Source of the DNA: Eledone cirrhosa
Lineage: Eukaryota
Direction of reading: 5' to 3'
Length of the DNA: 64,000 nt
Assembly (NCBI GenBank): GCA_964016885.1
Contig: OZ024741.1
Span: 218,736,001 to 218,800,000 of the forward strand
This document shows, in pieces, positions 1 to 12,102 of this stretch (position 1 is its first letter; the number at the start of each line of letters is the position of its first letter). Below the pieces are notes generated by a model. The model had not been told where the DNA came from, ran no database searches, and was given only the letters and a program-made list of their open reading frames with translations. Both the position numbers and the translations under genes were made by a program.

Positions 1-338
1 TTCTGGTCCTCACATTGCAAAACATGCTTGAATTTTCTATCCTCTGCTTCCCTTCTAGCTAAGTATACTTGTCGCCTAGCTTCCCTCCTGGTCTCTATGT
101 AATGTACTCTGTTTCCCCCGTTTTTCCATTCTTTCCATGCCTGTCTCTTAGCCTTAACTGTCTCATCTACCTTATTGTTCCACCACCAAGTCACTCTCCT
201 CCTTATGGACTTGCTCCAACCACAGATCTCATCTGTCGCCTTTAGTAAGTTATTTTTTAGTAACTCCCAGTGCTCTTTTACATTGAATGTCTCTATCTCT
301 TCTTCTTTACTGTCATAGGCGTCGAGTAGGATATCTTT
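1..338 (-). mobile_element. RTE-clade LINE fragment (endonuclease-RT linker), continues off the left window edge
   Basis: Reverse complement aligns to ~43473-43817 (FKDILL..YDSKE...RVTWWWNNKVDE..KAKRQAWKEWK), the region upstream of the RT in the long RTE copy. Confidence 0.85.
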
Positions 339-364
339 AAATATATATATATATATATATATAG

Positions 365-828
365 CATCATCCTCGTTTAACGTCCGTGTTCCACGCTTGC
401 ATGGGTTTGGACGGGGGTTTTCCCACTTGAGGCAAGAGTGATTGTCTTGCTCGCATAGAACTGTCTGGCGGGTTTTCTACAGCTGGATGCCCTTCCTAAC
501 ACCAACCACATTTACAGTGTGGAGCTGGGAGGTTTTTACCGTGTTGCCTACACGGCCACATTACAGCGTGGACTGTGTGTTTTTTTTGTCGTGACACCTA
601 CACGATCTCATTTGCTTCGGCCTGGATGTTGTGGCACCAACATAACTTTACATTGAATGGGGCGGTGTGGATGGGGTGGGGGTGGTGGGACGGGAGTGTA
701 TTTTGTTAGAGATGCCTACTGACAGTAGTAGGTTTTACTTTGTATTTAGGTAAGGCGGGTCTTCTCTATTACTGAGTACCGCCGAAGGTCTCGGTCCAGT
801 GACATTGTCTTGGAGAGGTGTAAGTGTG
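365..828 (-). mobile_element. RTE LINE 3' end (ORF C-terminus, 3'UTR and GAT tail)
   Basis: Minus strand encodes [27 protein letters not shown], matching 25540-25610; shared 3'UTR GTTGGTGTTAGGAAGGGCATCCAGCTGTAGAAA and terminus GGACGTTAAACG(A/G)GATGATG. Confidence 0.85.
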
Positions 829-873
829 TATATATATATATATGTATATGTAGGTATATATGTATGTTTATAT

Positions 874-913
<40 letters not shown>

Positions 914-985
914 ACATGTACATATATATATATATATATATATGTACATGTAGGTATATATATATACATATATGTATGTATATGT

Positions 986-1038
<53 letters not shown>

Positions 1039-1067
1039 TATGTAGGTATATATATATATATATATAT
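829..1067. repeat. (TA)n compound microsatellite with interspersed GTATATGTAGG motif
   Basis: Direct reading; the same interspersed motif recurs at 3068-3375. Confidence 0.95.
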
Positions 1068-2043
1068 CCTAAACGGACGGTAGTCCGTTTAGTAATATTG
1101 TTGTGGTCATGTTTTCGTTGGCAATCATCTGTTTACGACAGTACAGCGCGGCTCTACTTTATTTAACTGTGATAAAACTTATATGAACATGAACAGTAGA
1201 TCATACTCATCTTTTGGCTTAAAAATCTAGAAATTTGGTCCAGCGGGAAAAAGTTTATAATCAAAGTTTGCTGATAAATCTTGTGTTCAAGTGAGTGAGT
1301 AGTAAGCGTGACGCTAGGGGAGGTAATTACGAGGTAATTACAAGGGGAGGTAATTACGATTCTCTCTCTATTATCTAATATATTTCAAATTGTATTTTTA
1401 ACTAAATTCATTTATCATAGTCTAATATTTTAAAAATAGGTGAGTGCTCCACGATGATGACCCATGTCCCCGCCATGTGGAGGGGATGCTTAGGAGCCAT
1501 CCAGATATCATGTGACCATTTTTGGTTTGCGGTGTCCACATGATATCTGGATGGCCCTTTATACTAATTAGTCATTTATCTGCATAAAAATTATACCAGA
1601 TCATTCTGATTATTGGCTTGAAATCTTTTACAAAATTAGTATGAGCAACTAAGAGGTCATCAATAGAAATAGAATTACTTTTTGAAGTTTTCATGCACAG
1701 CATTTTTGGGGATTTAAAATAAAAGTTAATATCATAATTCTTATTTTGTATACCCACATTGCAGATACAGAGAAACATGACAATCCTATATAAAGGTCGT
1801 AGACAGCAGTATCAGTTTTTATCCGTAACACCATTGAAATGCACAAGTTTCACCAATTCACTATTATGCACAAATCATCTCAAATGCATTCATGATTTAC
1901 TAGCTTTGTCATTAAGCCAGTTGCCTCAACTAGATTGCAATTATACTCAAAAGAACTTTAAAATGTCAATCACTTGTCAGTAATTCACTATGATCATTTA
2001 ATTATTAGATAGTTGTTGCTTGCATTGCCTTAAAAAATAGTAG

Positions 2044-3067
2044 ACCAGATAGAAAAATGCGTACAGCAAAAAAAAGTAATATTGTTGGAATATAAACCTT
2101 TAAAAATACAGGACAAGAAACTAAAATAAAACTTTAAAAGAATAGGACAAGAAACTAAGATAAAACTTTAAAGAATTGACAAGAAATAAAAAATTTTACA
2201 ATAATATTAGTGGCAAAATTTTTTTATTCGTTTCCTGTGCTATGCCCCAGTATCTTCTTGATTAGTGCATAATAATTGTCATGCCCTCATTGTGCATTGC
2301 CCCTGAGCGGTTGGTTCTGGTTGGGGTTGTTTGGCTGAGCAGTTCTGCTCTGTCAGAATGACCAGTGCAAGAAGAATTGGCCAATGCAGCTGCAGGTCTC
2401 CTCCAAGAATGCACTTCTGGTCCCGCAACACCAGACGAAGATGGAGAAGACGACCGGGACAAGATGTCGACTCTGACCACCGACTACGGCACCTCCCTCA
2501 ACCACCGGTCCTCCCTCCCTCTGTCCCGTCATCCCTCCAGTCCTCCTGCTCCCCCTTCCTGTACCAGAAAGCTGTGGCACGCATTCATCTGGACTGCCAG
2601 ACTTGAACTCAAGGACAAGATGCAAGGAGAAGATGGACGGGTTGGTCAAGATCAAGGATGAGCGGGACGACAAGACCGTCCGCTGCTGCTCAAGATCTGT
2701 GCTCATGGGCCCATGGGTCCATTCACATTATGCATGACACATGAGGCGTGTCGCCGAATGATGAGATAGGGGTATGGTTATGGCCCAATTGGTGTTCAAA
2801 CCAGGATCAAATGATCCCCGGTCTGACGACGACCTCTGAATGTGGAACCCAGAGCCTATGAATGTGGAACTCGATTTTTTACCAATAAAAATTTTGCCAC
2901 TAATATTATTGTAAAATTTTTTATTTCTTGTCCAATTCTTTAAAGTTTTATTTTAGTTTCTTGTCCTATTCTTTTAAAGTTTTATTTTAGTTTCTTGTCC
3001 TGTATTTTTAAAGGTTTATATTCCAACAATATTACTTTTTTTTGCTGTACGCATTTTTCTATCTGGT
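2044..3067. mobile_element. Fold-back element: ~185-bp inverted arms around a GC-rich ~650-bp spacer (probable Penelope-like inverted pseudo-LTR product)
   Basis: 2044-2228 is the near-exact reverse complement of 2884-3067, including the internal GGACAAGAAACTAA sub-repeat; degenerate CTGACGA hammerhead-like core at 2823 just before AATAAA and the right arm. Confidence 0.6.
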
Positions 3068-3084
3068 ATATATATATGTCTAGG

Positions 3085-3121
<37 letters not shown>

Positions 3122-3216
3122 ATGTATATGTAGGTATATATATATATATATATATATGTATATGTAGGTATATATATATATATATATATATTGATATATA
3201 TATATGTATATGTAGG

Positions 3217-3249
<33 letters not shown>

Positions 3250-3264
3250 ATATGTATATGTAGG

Positions 3265-3297
<33 letters not shown>

Positions 3298-3314
3298 ATA
3301 TATGTATATGTAGG

Positions 3315-3347
<33 letters not shown>

Positions 3348-3375
3348 ATATATATGTATATGTAGGTATATATAT
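3068..3375. repeat. (TA)n compound microsatellite with GTATATGTAGG motif
   Basis: Direct reading. Confidence 0.95.
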
Positions 3376-3700
3376 AAGCAAAAGTGATATTTTATTTGTT
3401 GGTAATTCAACAAATATATATATTTATAACTGATTAAAACACTCGACAAGTTTTCTGGAGTATAATATTCAATGATATTAAATAAAAGGAAAGTATATTT
3501 ATAAAACCATATTTATTCTATTATATATATTTCAAGGGTACCAAAACTTTGGTACGCTATCATCAGATAAAATACAAAGTTTGTTTTATAAATATTGAAA
3601 TAACCAGGAGAAGAGAGCGTACCAAAGTTTTGGTACCCTTGAAATATATAATAGAATAAATATGGTTTTATAAATATAGTTTTCATTTGTTTAATATCAA
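3376..3700. mobile_element. Fold-back hammerhead element, family A copy 1
   Basis: Long minus arm (~3376-3600) plus shorter inverted arm (~3613-3700); homologous to 23907-24297 and 16541-16960; flanked by (TA)n. Confidence 0.75.
3514..3574 (-). ncRNA. Minimal type I hammerhead ribozyme motif
   Basis: Minus strand: TATTTTAT-CTGATGA-tagcGTACCAAAgtTTTGGTACcctt-GAAA-TATATA-TA/ATAGAATA; helix I 8 bp with one G-U, long helix II, palindromic helix III. Confidence 0.7.
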
Positions 3701-3705
3701 TATAT

Positions 3706-3759
<54 letters not shown>

Positions 3760-3769
3760 TATATATATA

Positions 3770-4612
3770 ATCAAAAGTGTTGATGAGTAGAAAAGAGGAC
3801 AAAACTCTGATTCCATCAGGGAAATGGCTATGGTAATAAAATGCACACAATGCAGATCCTGGGTACACAATAGATGTAGTGGGATAGCGGGGAAACTAAC
3901 AGGTAGGGAGAAATATGTGTGCAGTAGATGTACAGGGAAATTAGACAGTAGAAGTCGCATTGATAGACACATTTTTCAAATGCTGGCGGGTGCTATAGAA
4001 GTGGTGGATAGCTTCCGGTATCTAGGAGATCAGATTAGCATGGGAAAGGGGTGTTCTGAGGCCATAATCTCTAGAATAAGGATGGGTTTGAAGAAGTTTA
4101 GGGAGCTGCTTCCTCTGCTGACGAAGAAGGGTTTCTCCCTGCATACAAAAGGCCGGTTATATGATGCCTGTGTGAGGAGCGGGATGCTGCATGGTAGTGA
4201 GACATGGGCAGCAACTGCAGAGGATATGCAACGGCTAGAGAGAAATGAGGCAAGCATGCTCCGTTGGATGTGCAATGTCAATGTGCATGAACGACCCAGC
4301 ATGAATGTGTTGAGAGAGAAACTGTGTCTGAGAGGGATAGAATGTAGTGTGCGAGAGAGGAGACAGGTGGTATGGTCTGTGATGCGCATGGAGGATGACC
4401 GATGAGTGAAGAAGTGCCAGGAAATGCCGGTTGAAGGAAGACGTGGTAGAGGTAGACCACGAAAAACATGGGTGGAGGTGGTGAGAACAGACCTCAGATC
4501 ACTGAAGCTCACGGTGGAGATGACGAACGACCGTGACAAGTGGAGAGATGCTGTGCTGAATAAGACCCGTCCCACAGGGAAGCAGGGAAAAGCGGACGTA
4601 AAATGATGATGA

Positions 4613-4616
<4 letters not shown>
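3770..4616 (+). mobile_element. 5'-truncated RTE LINE (PHD finger, RT thumb, C-terminus), frameshifted, divergent subfamily
   Basis: CTQCRSWVHNRC..CSRC, EVVDSFRYLG, KGRLYDACVRSGMLHGSETW, GRRGRGRPRKTW; ends CGGACGTAAAA(TGA)n. Confidence 0.9.
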
Positions 4617-4693
<77 letters not shown>

Positions 4694-4698
<5 letters not shown>

Positions 4699-5739
4699 TT
4701 GTGACAACCAGAGAAACCAGAGTGTCATGTTTGTGGACGCTACCCCTGGAGGGAAATTAGCTAACCAGTGTTGAAAGGCCCTGAGAAAGACCCACTTAAA
4801 GATTAAGGTGGTAGAAAAGCCAGGAACTACCATAAAATCCCTGATCAGCAAAACCTACCCTTTTAAGAAAACCCACTATCCTAATAGGAAATGTATTATA
4901 TGTAAAGTAAACCCCCGGATAAACTGTAAAACTAGAAACGTAGTCTATAGCATAAGTTGTACAGAGGGTACTTTGAGAAACATGACAACAACATACATAG
5001 GTGAGACAGCTCGTAGCATTGGTGAAAGGATAGACCAACACTGGGGGGAACTAAAAGGACGAAAAAACGGCTCAGTACTATACGAACATGCCAGACAACA
5101 ACATGACGGTAACATAGACAACATAGAAATTAGAATAATATCTAAACATAGAAATGACCCAGCAGATAGGCATATCAGAGAGGCCAGCGAAATAGAACTT
5201 AGAAAGCCTAGGCTAAACAGAAAAAATGAATGGAATAACAACACCCAAACAAACAATACTGACCTAAGAGAAGTATAAATAAATAAATAAATATATACAC
5301 AAGCACAATAACAACAAACACATATAAACACACACTAGTAAACTAAGATAGAATACAATAACCAAAACACGAACGCGAACACACACCAAACACTATACAC
5401 ACACGCAAACGCATGCGTAGAGAAGACAAACATAAATAGATGAATAAATAAATAAACAGATAAATAAAGATGGCTAAATATACAATACAACAGGAGGAAA
5501 CATAATAGCACCACTGACGATGTTGCAGATGTGCAACGAAAGAAATTTGTTAGACTATATTTATGGTGTTTGTGTCTATATTGTATCTATATTTTTGACC
5601 GTTGGTCAGTCAATGGTAAACACTGAGGACCGAATGAATTAACTGATATAAAAGATACAGAAGCAAAAACCAACCAAACAGTGAGTGTTTTCTCTTATTA
5701 ATTCTGGCAATATTATTACAATATCACCCTCCCCAAGTA
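4694..5739 (+). mobile_element. Penelope-like element 3' fragment (Cys linker, GIY-YIG endonuclease, pseudo-LTR)
   Basis: ORF 4808-5278: KCIICK..NCKTRNVVYSISC...YIGETARSIGERI..H...LYEH...E...LNRKNE; homologous to 22009-23166; (TA)n on both sides. Confidence 0.9.
5507..5570 (+). ncRNA. Degenerate hammerhead motif in Penelope pseudo-LTR
   Basis: CTGACGA-t-GTTGCA-gatg-TGCAAC-GAAA core with perfect helix II; helices I and III ambiguous; same motif on minus strand at 51117-51160. Confidence 0.55.
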
Positions 5740-6179
5740 TATATATATATATATATATATATATCATCATCTATATATATATATATATAAATATATATAT
5801 GCGAACATATAATTAGAATGTTATTAAATTCTGGAAACCTCCAAAAAAAACACACACACAACAAAACAAAAAAAAAAACAAAGAAAGTAACTAATGACAA
5901 TAAGAATCTAATTGTTCGTTAAGATTTGTTTTTTCAGTGTTGAACAGTTCCGAGAATGAAGAGAAGAGAAAAACGGTAAAAACTTCACAGGTTTCTGTCC
6001 TCACTCAACAGATAGTAGCAACGTGTGAGGAGAGATAATGTATGAAGTGGTGGAGAGCAGAAAGCACTCCACTGGAGGGTAGGAAACCCCTTAACAACAC
6101 CTCCAATAGATTCTACAACAACTACAGTGATAATGATGGCGGTGAGGCTGAGGTTGAGGATGAGGAATGAACAATGATA

Positions 6180-7333
6180 ACAACTATGTCAACAATGGTG
6201 ACAACTGTGACAGTTACTACAACAACAACAACAACAACAACGATGATGACAACAACAATGATGACAACAACAACATTGACAACATGTGACAGTAACAACT
6301 GATAACAAATGACAACAAAACTACTGCAAAAATTGTGTTGATGGTGGTGGTGGTGGTGGTGTTGGTGGTGGTGGTGGTAGTGGTGGTGGTGGTGATGTTG
6401 GTGGTGGTGGTGATGGTGGTGGTGTTGGTGATGGTGGTGGTGATGGTGGTGGTGATGGTGGTGGTGGTGGTGGTGGTGGTGGCGATGGCGGTGGTGTTGG
6501 TGGTGGTGGTGATGGTGGTGGTGGTGGTGTTGGTGGTGGTGGTGGTGGTGGTGGTGTTGGTGGTGGTGGTGGTAGTGGTGGTGATGTTGGTGGTGGTGGT
6601 GATGGTGGTGGTGTTGGTGATGGTGGTGGTGGTGTTGGTGGTGGTGTTGGTGATGGTGTTGGTGGTGGTGATGGTGGTGGTGGTGGTGATGGTTGTGGTG
6701 GTGTTGGTGGTTTTGATGGTTGTGGTGGTGATGGTGGTGGTGGTGGTGATGTTGGTGGTGATGGTGAGGGTGATGTTGTTGTTGTTGGTGGTGGTGGTGG
6801 TGGCGGTGATGTTGTTGTTGGTGGTGATGTTGGTGGTGGTGATGGTGAGGGTGATGTTGTTGTTGTTGTTGGTGGTGGTGGTGGCGGTGATGTTGTTGGT
6901 GGTGGTGATGGTGATGTTGTTGTTGGTGGTGGTGTGGTGATGGTGATGTTGTTTTTGTTGTTGGTGATGGTGATGTTGTTGTTGTTGTTGTTGGTGGTGG
7001 TGGTGATGTTGTTGGTGGTGGTGATGGTGATGTTGTTGTTGGTGGTGGTGTGGTGATGGTGATGTTGTTTTTGTTGTTGGTGATGGTGATGTTGTTGTTG
7101 TTGTTGTTGGTGGTGGTGGTGATGTTGTTGGTGGTGGTGATGGTGATGTTGTTATTGGTGGTGGTGGTGATGTTGTTGGTGGTGGTGGTGATGTTGTTGT
7201 TGGTGGTGTTGTTGGTGGTGGTGTTGTTGGTGGTAGTGGCAGTGATGTTGTTGTTGGTGGTGATGGTGAAGTTGTTGTTGTTGGTGGTGGGGATGGTGAT
7301 ATTATTGCTGTTGTTGATGGTGGTGGTGATGAC
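6180..7333. repeat. (ACA)n then long (GGT/GTT/GAT)n trinucleotide compound microsatellite
   Basis: Direct reading; source of poly-V/H/T/P pseudo-ORFs. Confidence 0.95.
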
Positions 7334-7357
7334 ACACACACACATAACTACATGGCA

Positions 7358-7630
7358 ATTATAGGGAATAATTATAGGGGGTAATTGTAGGGGGTAATTT
7401 TAGGGTTGATTATAGGAGTAATTATAGGAGTAATTGTAGGGCATAATTATAGGGGGTAATTATAGGGGGCAATCTAGCGCTGAAAATTGGACATTAAACA
7501 GTGATGATGATGATGAATTATAGAGTGTAATTATAAGGGGTAAATATAGGGGGTAGTTGTAGGGGGTAATTATAGAGGGTGATTATAGGTGTAATTATAG
7601 GTATAGTTATTGGGGGTAATTATAGGGGAA
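7358..7630. repeat. Degenerate ~12-13-bp TAATTATAGGGGG tandem repeat, interrupted by an RTE tail stub (~7472-7515)
   Basis: Repeated TAATTATAGG core; GGACATTAAACAG(TGA)n stub inside. Confidence 0.75.
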
Positions 7631-7960
7631 AAATAATTAACAAGCAATCCTAACTCTCTAGTATTGATTGTATTTAATCATTAAACAGTTCAATTAAATT
7701 GCTGTAAATTAGAATAATTAAGTCTTTGTGTCAGACTTCTTCGTTTTCTTTTCTTCTTTTGCTCTTATTTTCAGAAGAGGAGGGGGTTGTGGAATGGCTC
7801 AGTGGTTACACCACTTGTACCACTAGCTGGTTGTTATGTTGATCGAACAACTAGAACACTCACCATTGTAACTGACTTACATACATATATACATTTATAT
7901 ATATGGCTTCGCAAAAAATGTCACAAATCAAACGATTGCCTGTGCTTGAAGCTTTTTTAA

Positions 7961-8167
7961 CCCTTTAGCATTTACGTTACTCTATATATACTATTGTATT
8001 TTCGTGGTAAACACTTTATCTTACATAATATCGAATCTATGAGATTTTGATATTATTTATTTTGAAAACAATATGTTAACATCAGTATGAGTGGCCAGTT
8101 ACAGCCAGTTTGAACTGAAAAAGGTGAGAGAATTCTGGCCGGATATGGCCGGTTAAATGCTAAAGGG
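7961..8167. mobile_element. piggyBac-like MITE (207 bp)
   Basis: TTAA target duplication at 7957-7960 and 8168-8171; TIR CCCTTTAGCATTTA...TAAATGCTAAAGGG; second full copy at 61982-62189. Confidence 0.85.
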
Positions 8168-8345
8168 TTAAGGCAGCAAATGCTTTGCAGGGAGCCAATC
8201 CTACTCTCTGAACATCAAATGTGTTTACCCAAAAAGAAGAACTGGTTTACATCATTGGATACAAACGAAGTCGCAGGTTTTATATCAGAGTGAAATTCTC
8301 CTAGGGAGATGTTTTAATGAAGACTACATGCATATATACATACAT

Positions 8346-8384
<39 letters not shown>

Positions 8385-8544
8385 TATACTTGAAAAATAG
8401 AGATGGCCACTCTTGGAATTGCCTTTGATCATATCTCTGCTGAACCAGGTTTGACCCAGGGTTAAACACCACAACCATTCCCAATATCTGTAAAATTATG
8501 ATAATACTGAGTAATGGATATCATTATTTGTATTTACAATGTTC

Positions 8545-8970
8545 CCAGGGGCGATAAAATAAAGTACCAGTTACATACTGGGGTTGATTTAATCGACTTT
8601 CCTCTACCCCCAAATTACTGGCCTTGTACCTATACTAGAAATCATTATTTGTATTTACGGTGGATTGACAGAATCGGTGGAGTGTCAGACACCATGCTTT
8701 CCAGCAAAGAGTTATGTCCCTTTCCGGTCTGAGTTCAAATCCCGCCGAGGTTAACTTTGCCTTTCATCCTTACGGGATCGATACAATAAAGTACCAGTAA
8801 TGTACTGGGTAATTGCTAGCCTTGTGCCAAAAGTAGAAACAATTATTATTTGAATTTATAATCCTCCGAGGGTCGATAAAATAAAGTACCAGTTACATAC
8901 TGGGGTTGATATAATTGACTATCCCCTCCTTCCAAATTCCTGGCTTTATGTTAATGTTACAAAGAACAAT
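8545..8970 (+). mobile_element. tRNA-derived SINE family S1 (full copy ~8658-8850) flanked by two 3' half copies
   Basis: A-box-like GGTGGATTGACAGAATCGG, B-box GAGTTCAAATCCC, central CTTTGCCTTTCATCCTT..GGGTCGATAAAATAAAGTACCAG, tail GGCCTTGTGCCAAAAGTAGAAAC(AAT)n; more than 10 copies in window. Confidence 0.85.
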
Positions 8971-9112
8971 TAGTACTTACGATTGCATCCTAAATCATGG
9001 ACGGTCAACACTACAAATTGATTATGCTTCAAATCACCCTGAAAATAAAAGTAAATAATATATATAAATATAAGATAACATAAGCTATATATACATACAT
9101 ATATATATATAG

Positions 9113-9438
9113 AGGCACATGGCTTAGTGGCTAGAGCATTGGCCTTGCAATCGAAAGGTTGTGAGTTCAATTCTCAGACCGGGTGATGTGTTGTTTCCTT
9201 GAGCAAGACACTTTATTTCACATTGCTCCAGTTTACTCAGCTGTAGAAATGAGATGATAGGGACTGTAAAGTGGTCGTGGAGGTGCCATGGCAAAAAAGC
9301 ACCCAGCACTCACTGTAAATGAGGTTGGTGTTAGGAAGGGCATCCAGCTGTAGAAATCAAGCCAGAATCAGTTCCCGTCCCACCCTTGCAAGCAGGGAAA
9401 AGCGGACGTAAAATGATGATGATGATGATGATGATGAT
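9113..9438 (+). mobile_element. tRNA-derived CORE-like SINE (family S2) joined to an RTE 3' tail
   Basis: TGGCTTAGTGG A box, GAGTTCAATTC B box, CCTTGAGCAAGACACTT core-like block, then RTE 3'UTR and (GAT)n. Confidence 0.8.
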
Positions 9439-9633
9439 ATATACATGAAAATAACAAAATAAGATGCTGAGGTTTCATAGATCATTTAATCATTATAATT
9501 ATTTCCATGGTTCTCCATGCAATTGAGATGTCCTTCATGCATTTGTTGTTGTTATGAGAACGGTATCCTCAGATAATATCCGATATGTTTGACATGCCGT
9601 CGGCAGGAAAAAAAACATATGTGTGCCCAGCAT

Positions 9634-9665
<32 letters not shown>

Positions 9666-9809
9666 TATATATATATCTGGTTTATCCGAACCATTGAGCA
9701 CTTTGCCGCACATTTCGAAGATTGTTTTTCGTTATTCCGTGGGCCGAAGTTCCGATTCTCGATAATTTTATTTGTATTTTTATTTGTATATATATATATA
9801 TATATATGT

Positions 9810-10005
9810 CGGAAAAAAGCACCCAGCACTAACTGTAAATAAGGTTGGTGTTAGGAAGGGCATCCAGCTGTAGAAATCAAGCCAAAATCAGTTCCCGTAT
9901 GAGCAATACATGGTCACCCGACCTGGCACTGCCCACAACAGGACAACCCGTCTAACCCATGCTAGCGTGGAAAAATGGATGTAAACCGGTGATGATGATG
10001 ATGAC

Positions 10006-10008
<3 letters not shown>
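9810..10008 (+). mobile_element. RTE LINE 3'UTR fragment
   Basis: Matches 45805-46000; ends in (GAT)n then (TA)n. Confidence 0.85.
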
Positions 10009-10048
<40 letters not shown>

Positions 10049-10054
<6 letters not shown>

Positions 10055-10587
10055 GGAAAAAATGAAACAAAATTTCATTTCCCACTCGTAGTACGGCTGT
10101 TACTTAAATATAAGTATGTACACATACATACATATATGTATACAGACATACAGTAGTATGTATATATATATACATACATGCACACATATATATATATGTA
10201 CGTATGGATTCACCGAACATTTATTATAATGCTCGGTGTGTTTGTAAATAAACATCCCGTATTAAGCTGTACAGCGTCCAGCAACCATCGTTGCTCGTTT
10301 GTTCAACACTGACAAAGGAACGCTGTACTAGTTTCAAGCTTATTAGCTATCGTCAGCAACGTATACCTTCCTGTCAGATTGTTGAACGTATATACTTACC
10401 TTATGCATATTAACGGCTGAGTAGCCCAATTTGCATATCGAGTGGGTTAATCGGCCGGGTGCACCGAAAACGATAAACGGAAAAAATGAAACAAAATTTC
10501 ATTTCCCACTCTTAGTACGGCTGTTACTTAAATATAAGTATGTACACGTACATACATATATGTATACAGACGTACAGTAGTATGTAT
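10049..10587 (-). mobile_element. Terminally redundant 424-bp hammerhead-containing unit (retrozyme-like or tandem Penelope pseudo-LTR)
   Basis: 115-bp direct repeats 10049-10163 and 10473-10587; hammerhead at 10320-10362; another fragment, inverted, at 27001-27098. Confidence 0.65.
10320..10362 (-). ncRNA. Minimal type I hammerhead ribozyme
   Basis: Minus strand: ACGTTG-CTGACGA-tAGCTaataAGCTt-GAAA-CTAG-TA/CAGCGT; full core, 6-bp helix I, palindromic CTAG helix III, GUA site. Confidence 0.8.
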
Positions 10588-11166
10588 TTTGTGGTTTTGG
10601 TGTTGGTGGTAGTGGTCGTAGTGGTCGTAGTTGTGGTGGTGGTGGTGGTGGTGGTGGTGGTGGTGGTGGTGGTGGTGGTGGTGGTGGTGGTTTTGGTGGT
10701 GATGGTAGTGGTCGTAGTTGTGGTGTTGTTGGTGAGTATTCTATTTATTTGCCACATGTGCAATGATTACAGAGAGAGAGAGAGAGTGGAAAAGAGAGAG
10801 AGATAGGGTGAGAGAGGGAGGGAGAGAAAGAGAAAGTGAGAGGGGTAGAGTGCGTATGAGAGCAGGGGGAAAGAAAGAAAGAAAAGAAAGAAAGAAAGAA
10901 AAGAAAGAAAGAGAGAAAGAAAGACACAGCACCAACAAAATAACAAAAATAACAAAAATAAATAAACACAACAAATAAAAATAAAAACAAAAATTAAAAA
11001 TAGATATAATAGAGAAGATCCTACAAAAGGATTCTATAATTTAGACGAAAGATGAGATGAGAAGTGAGAGGAGAGAGAGATGATGTCTTCCTATCACATT
11101 GAATGAAAGAGTGAAGCAAAGAATAAAAATGTCTATTTGGAAAGAAGAAAATTAGGGAACGAAAGA

Positions 11167-11203
<37 letters not shown>

Positions 11204-11267
11204 GAAAACAGGAATTTATGTAAAATATTTTTGGTACAATAATTATGATCTATATATAATGAGTTAC

Positions 11268-11287
11268 TGATGATGATGATGATGATG

Positions 11288-11355
<68 letters not shown>

Positions 11356-11521
11356 CATCATCATATACATATATATGTGCATGTGTCTGTGTAAGTATAT
11401 ATGTATATATATAGAGAGATAGATAATTAATATATATATATAGATAATTAATATATATATATTGATATATAATATATATATATGCATATATAATATATAT
11501 ATATATGTGTGTGTCTGTATG

Positions 11522-11577
<56 letters not shown>

Positions 11578-11844
11578 GTGTATATGTATATATATATATA
11601 TATAAACACACAATATATATACACGTGTATGTGTATATACACAATATAAATAACAAGATATATAATTTTAAAAAATGAAACATGACAGATCTGAAATATA
11701 TATTATCTACAAAAGCAGTCTAGACCACACACAATATTACCTGCATTTATACATACACATACATATATACACCAATACACGCTCATATACACCCAAACAT
11801 GCCATATATATACACACACACACCTACAATACATACATAGACAC

Positions 11845-11878
<34 letters not shown>

Positions 11879-11991
11879 TCCTACAATACACATATACACA
11901 CTCACACCTACAATACACACATAGATATTCATATATATATATATATACACACACGTACCTACAATACACACATATACACACATAGACACTC

Positions 11992-12025
<34 letters not shown>

Positions 12026-12059
12026 GTACCTACAATACACACATATACACACATAGACA

Positions 12060-12102
<43 letters not shown>

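Noticed and set aside
325-345. Apparent shared 5' truncation point of the RTE copies at 338 and 43473
   Set aside because: The 43-kb copy appears to extend about 25 bp further in frame, so the ends are not identical
6122-7345. Long His/Thr/Val/Pro-rich ORFs (also 27910-29679, 30553-31917, 32463-34256, 39561-40973, 55454-58235 and all YIYI ORFs)
   Set aside because: They are translations of microsatellites, open in several frames and on both strands, with no domain content
8658-8850. tRNA genes at SINE heads
   Set aside because: A/B boxes run into repeated SINE bodies and no full cloverleaf can be drawn
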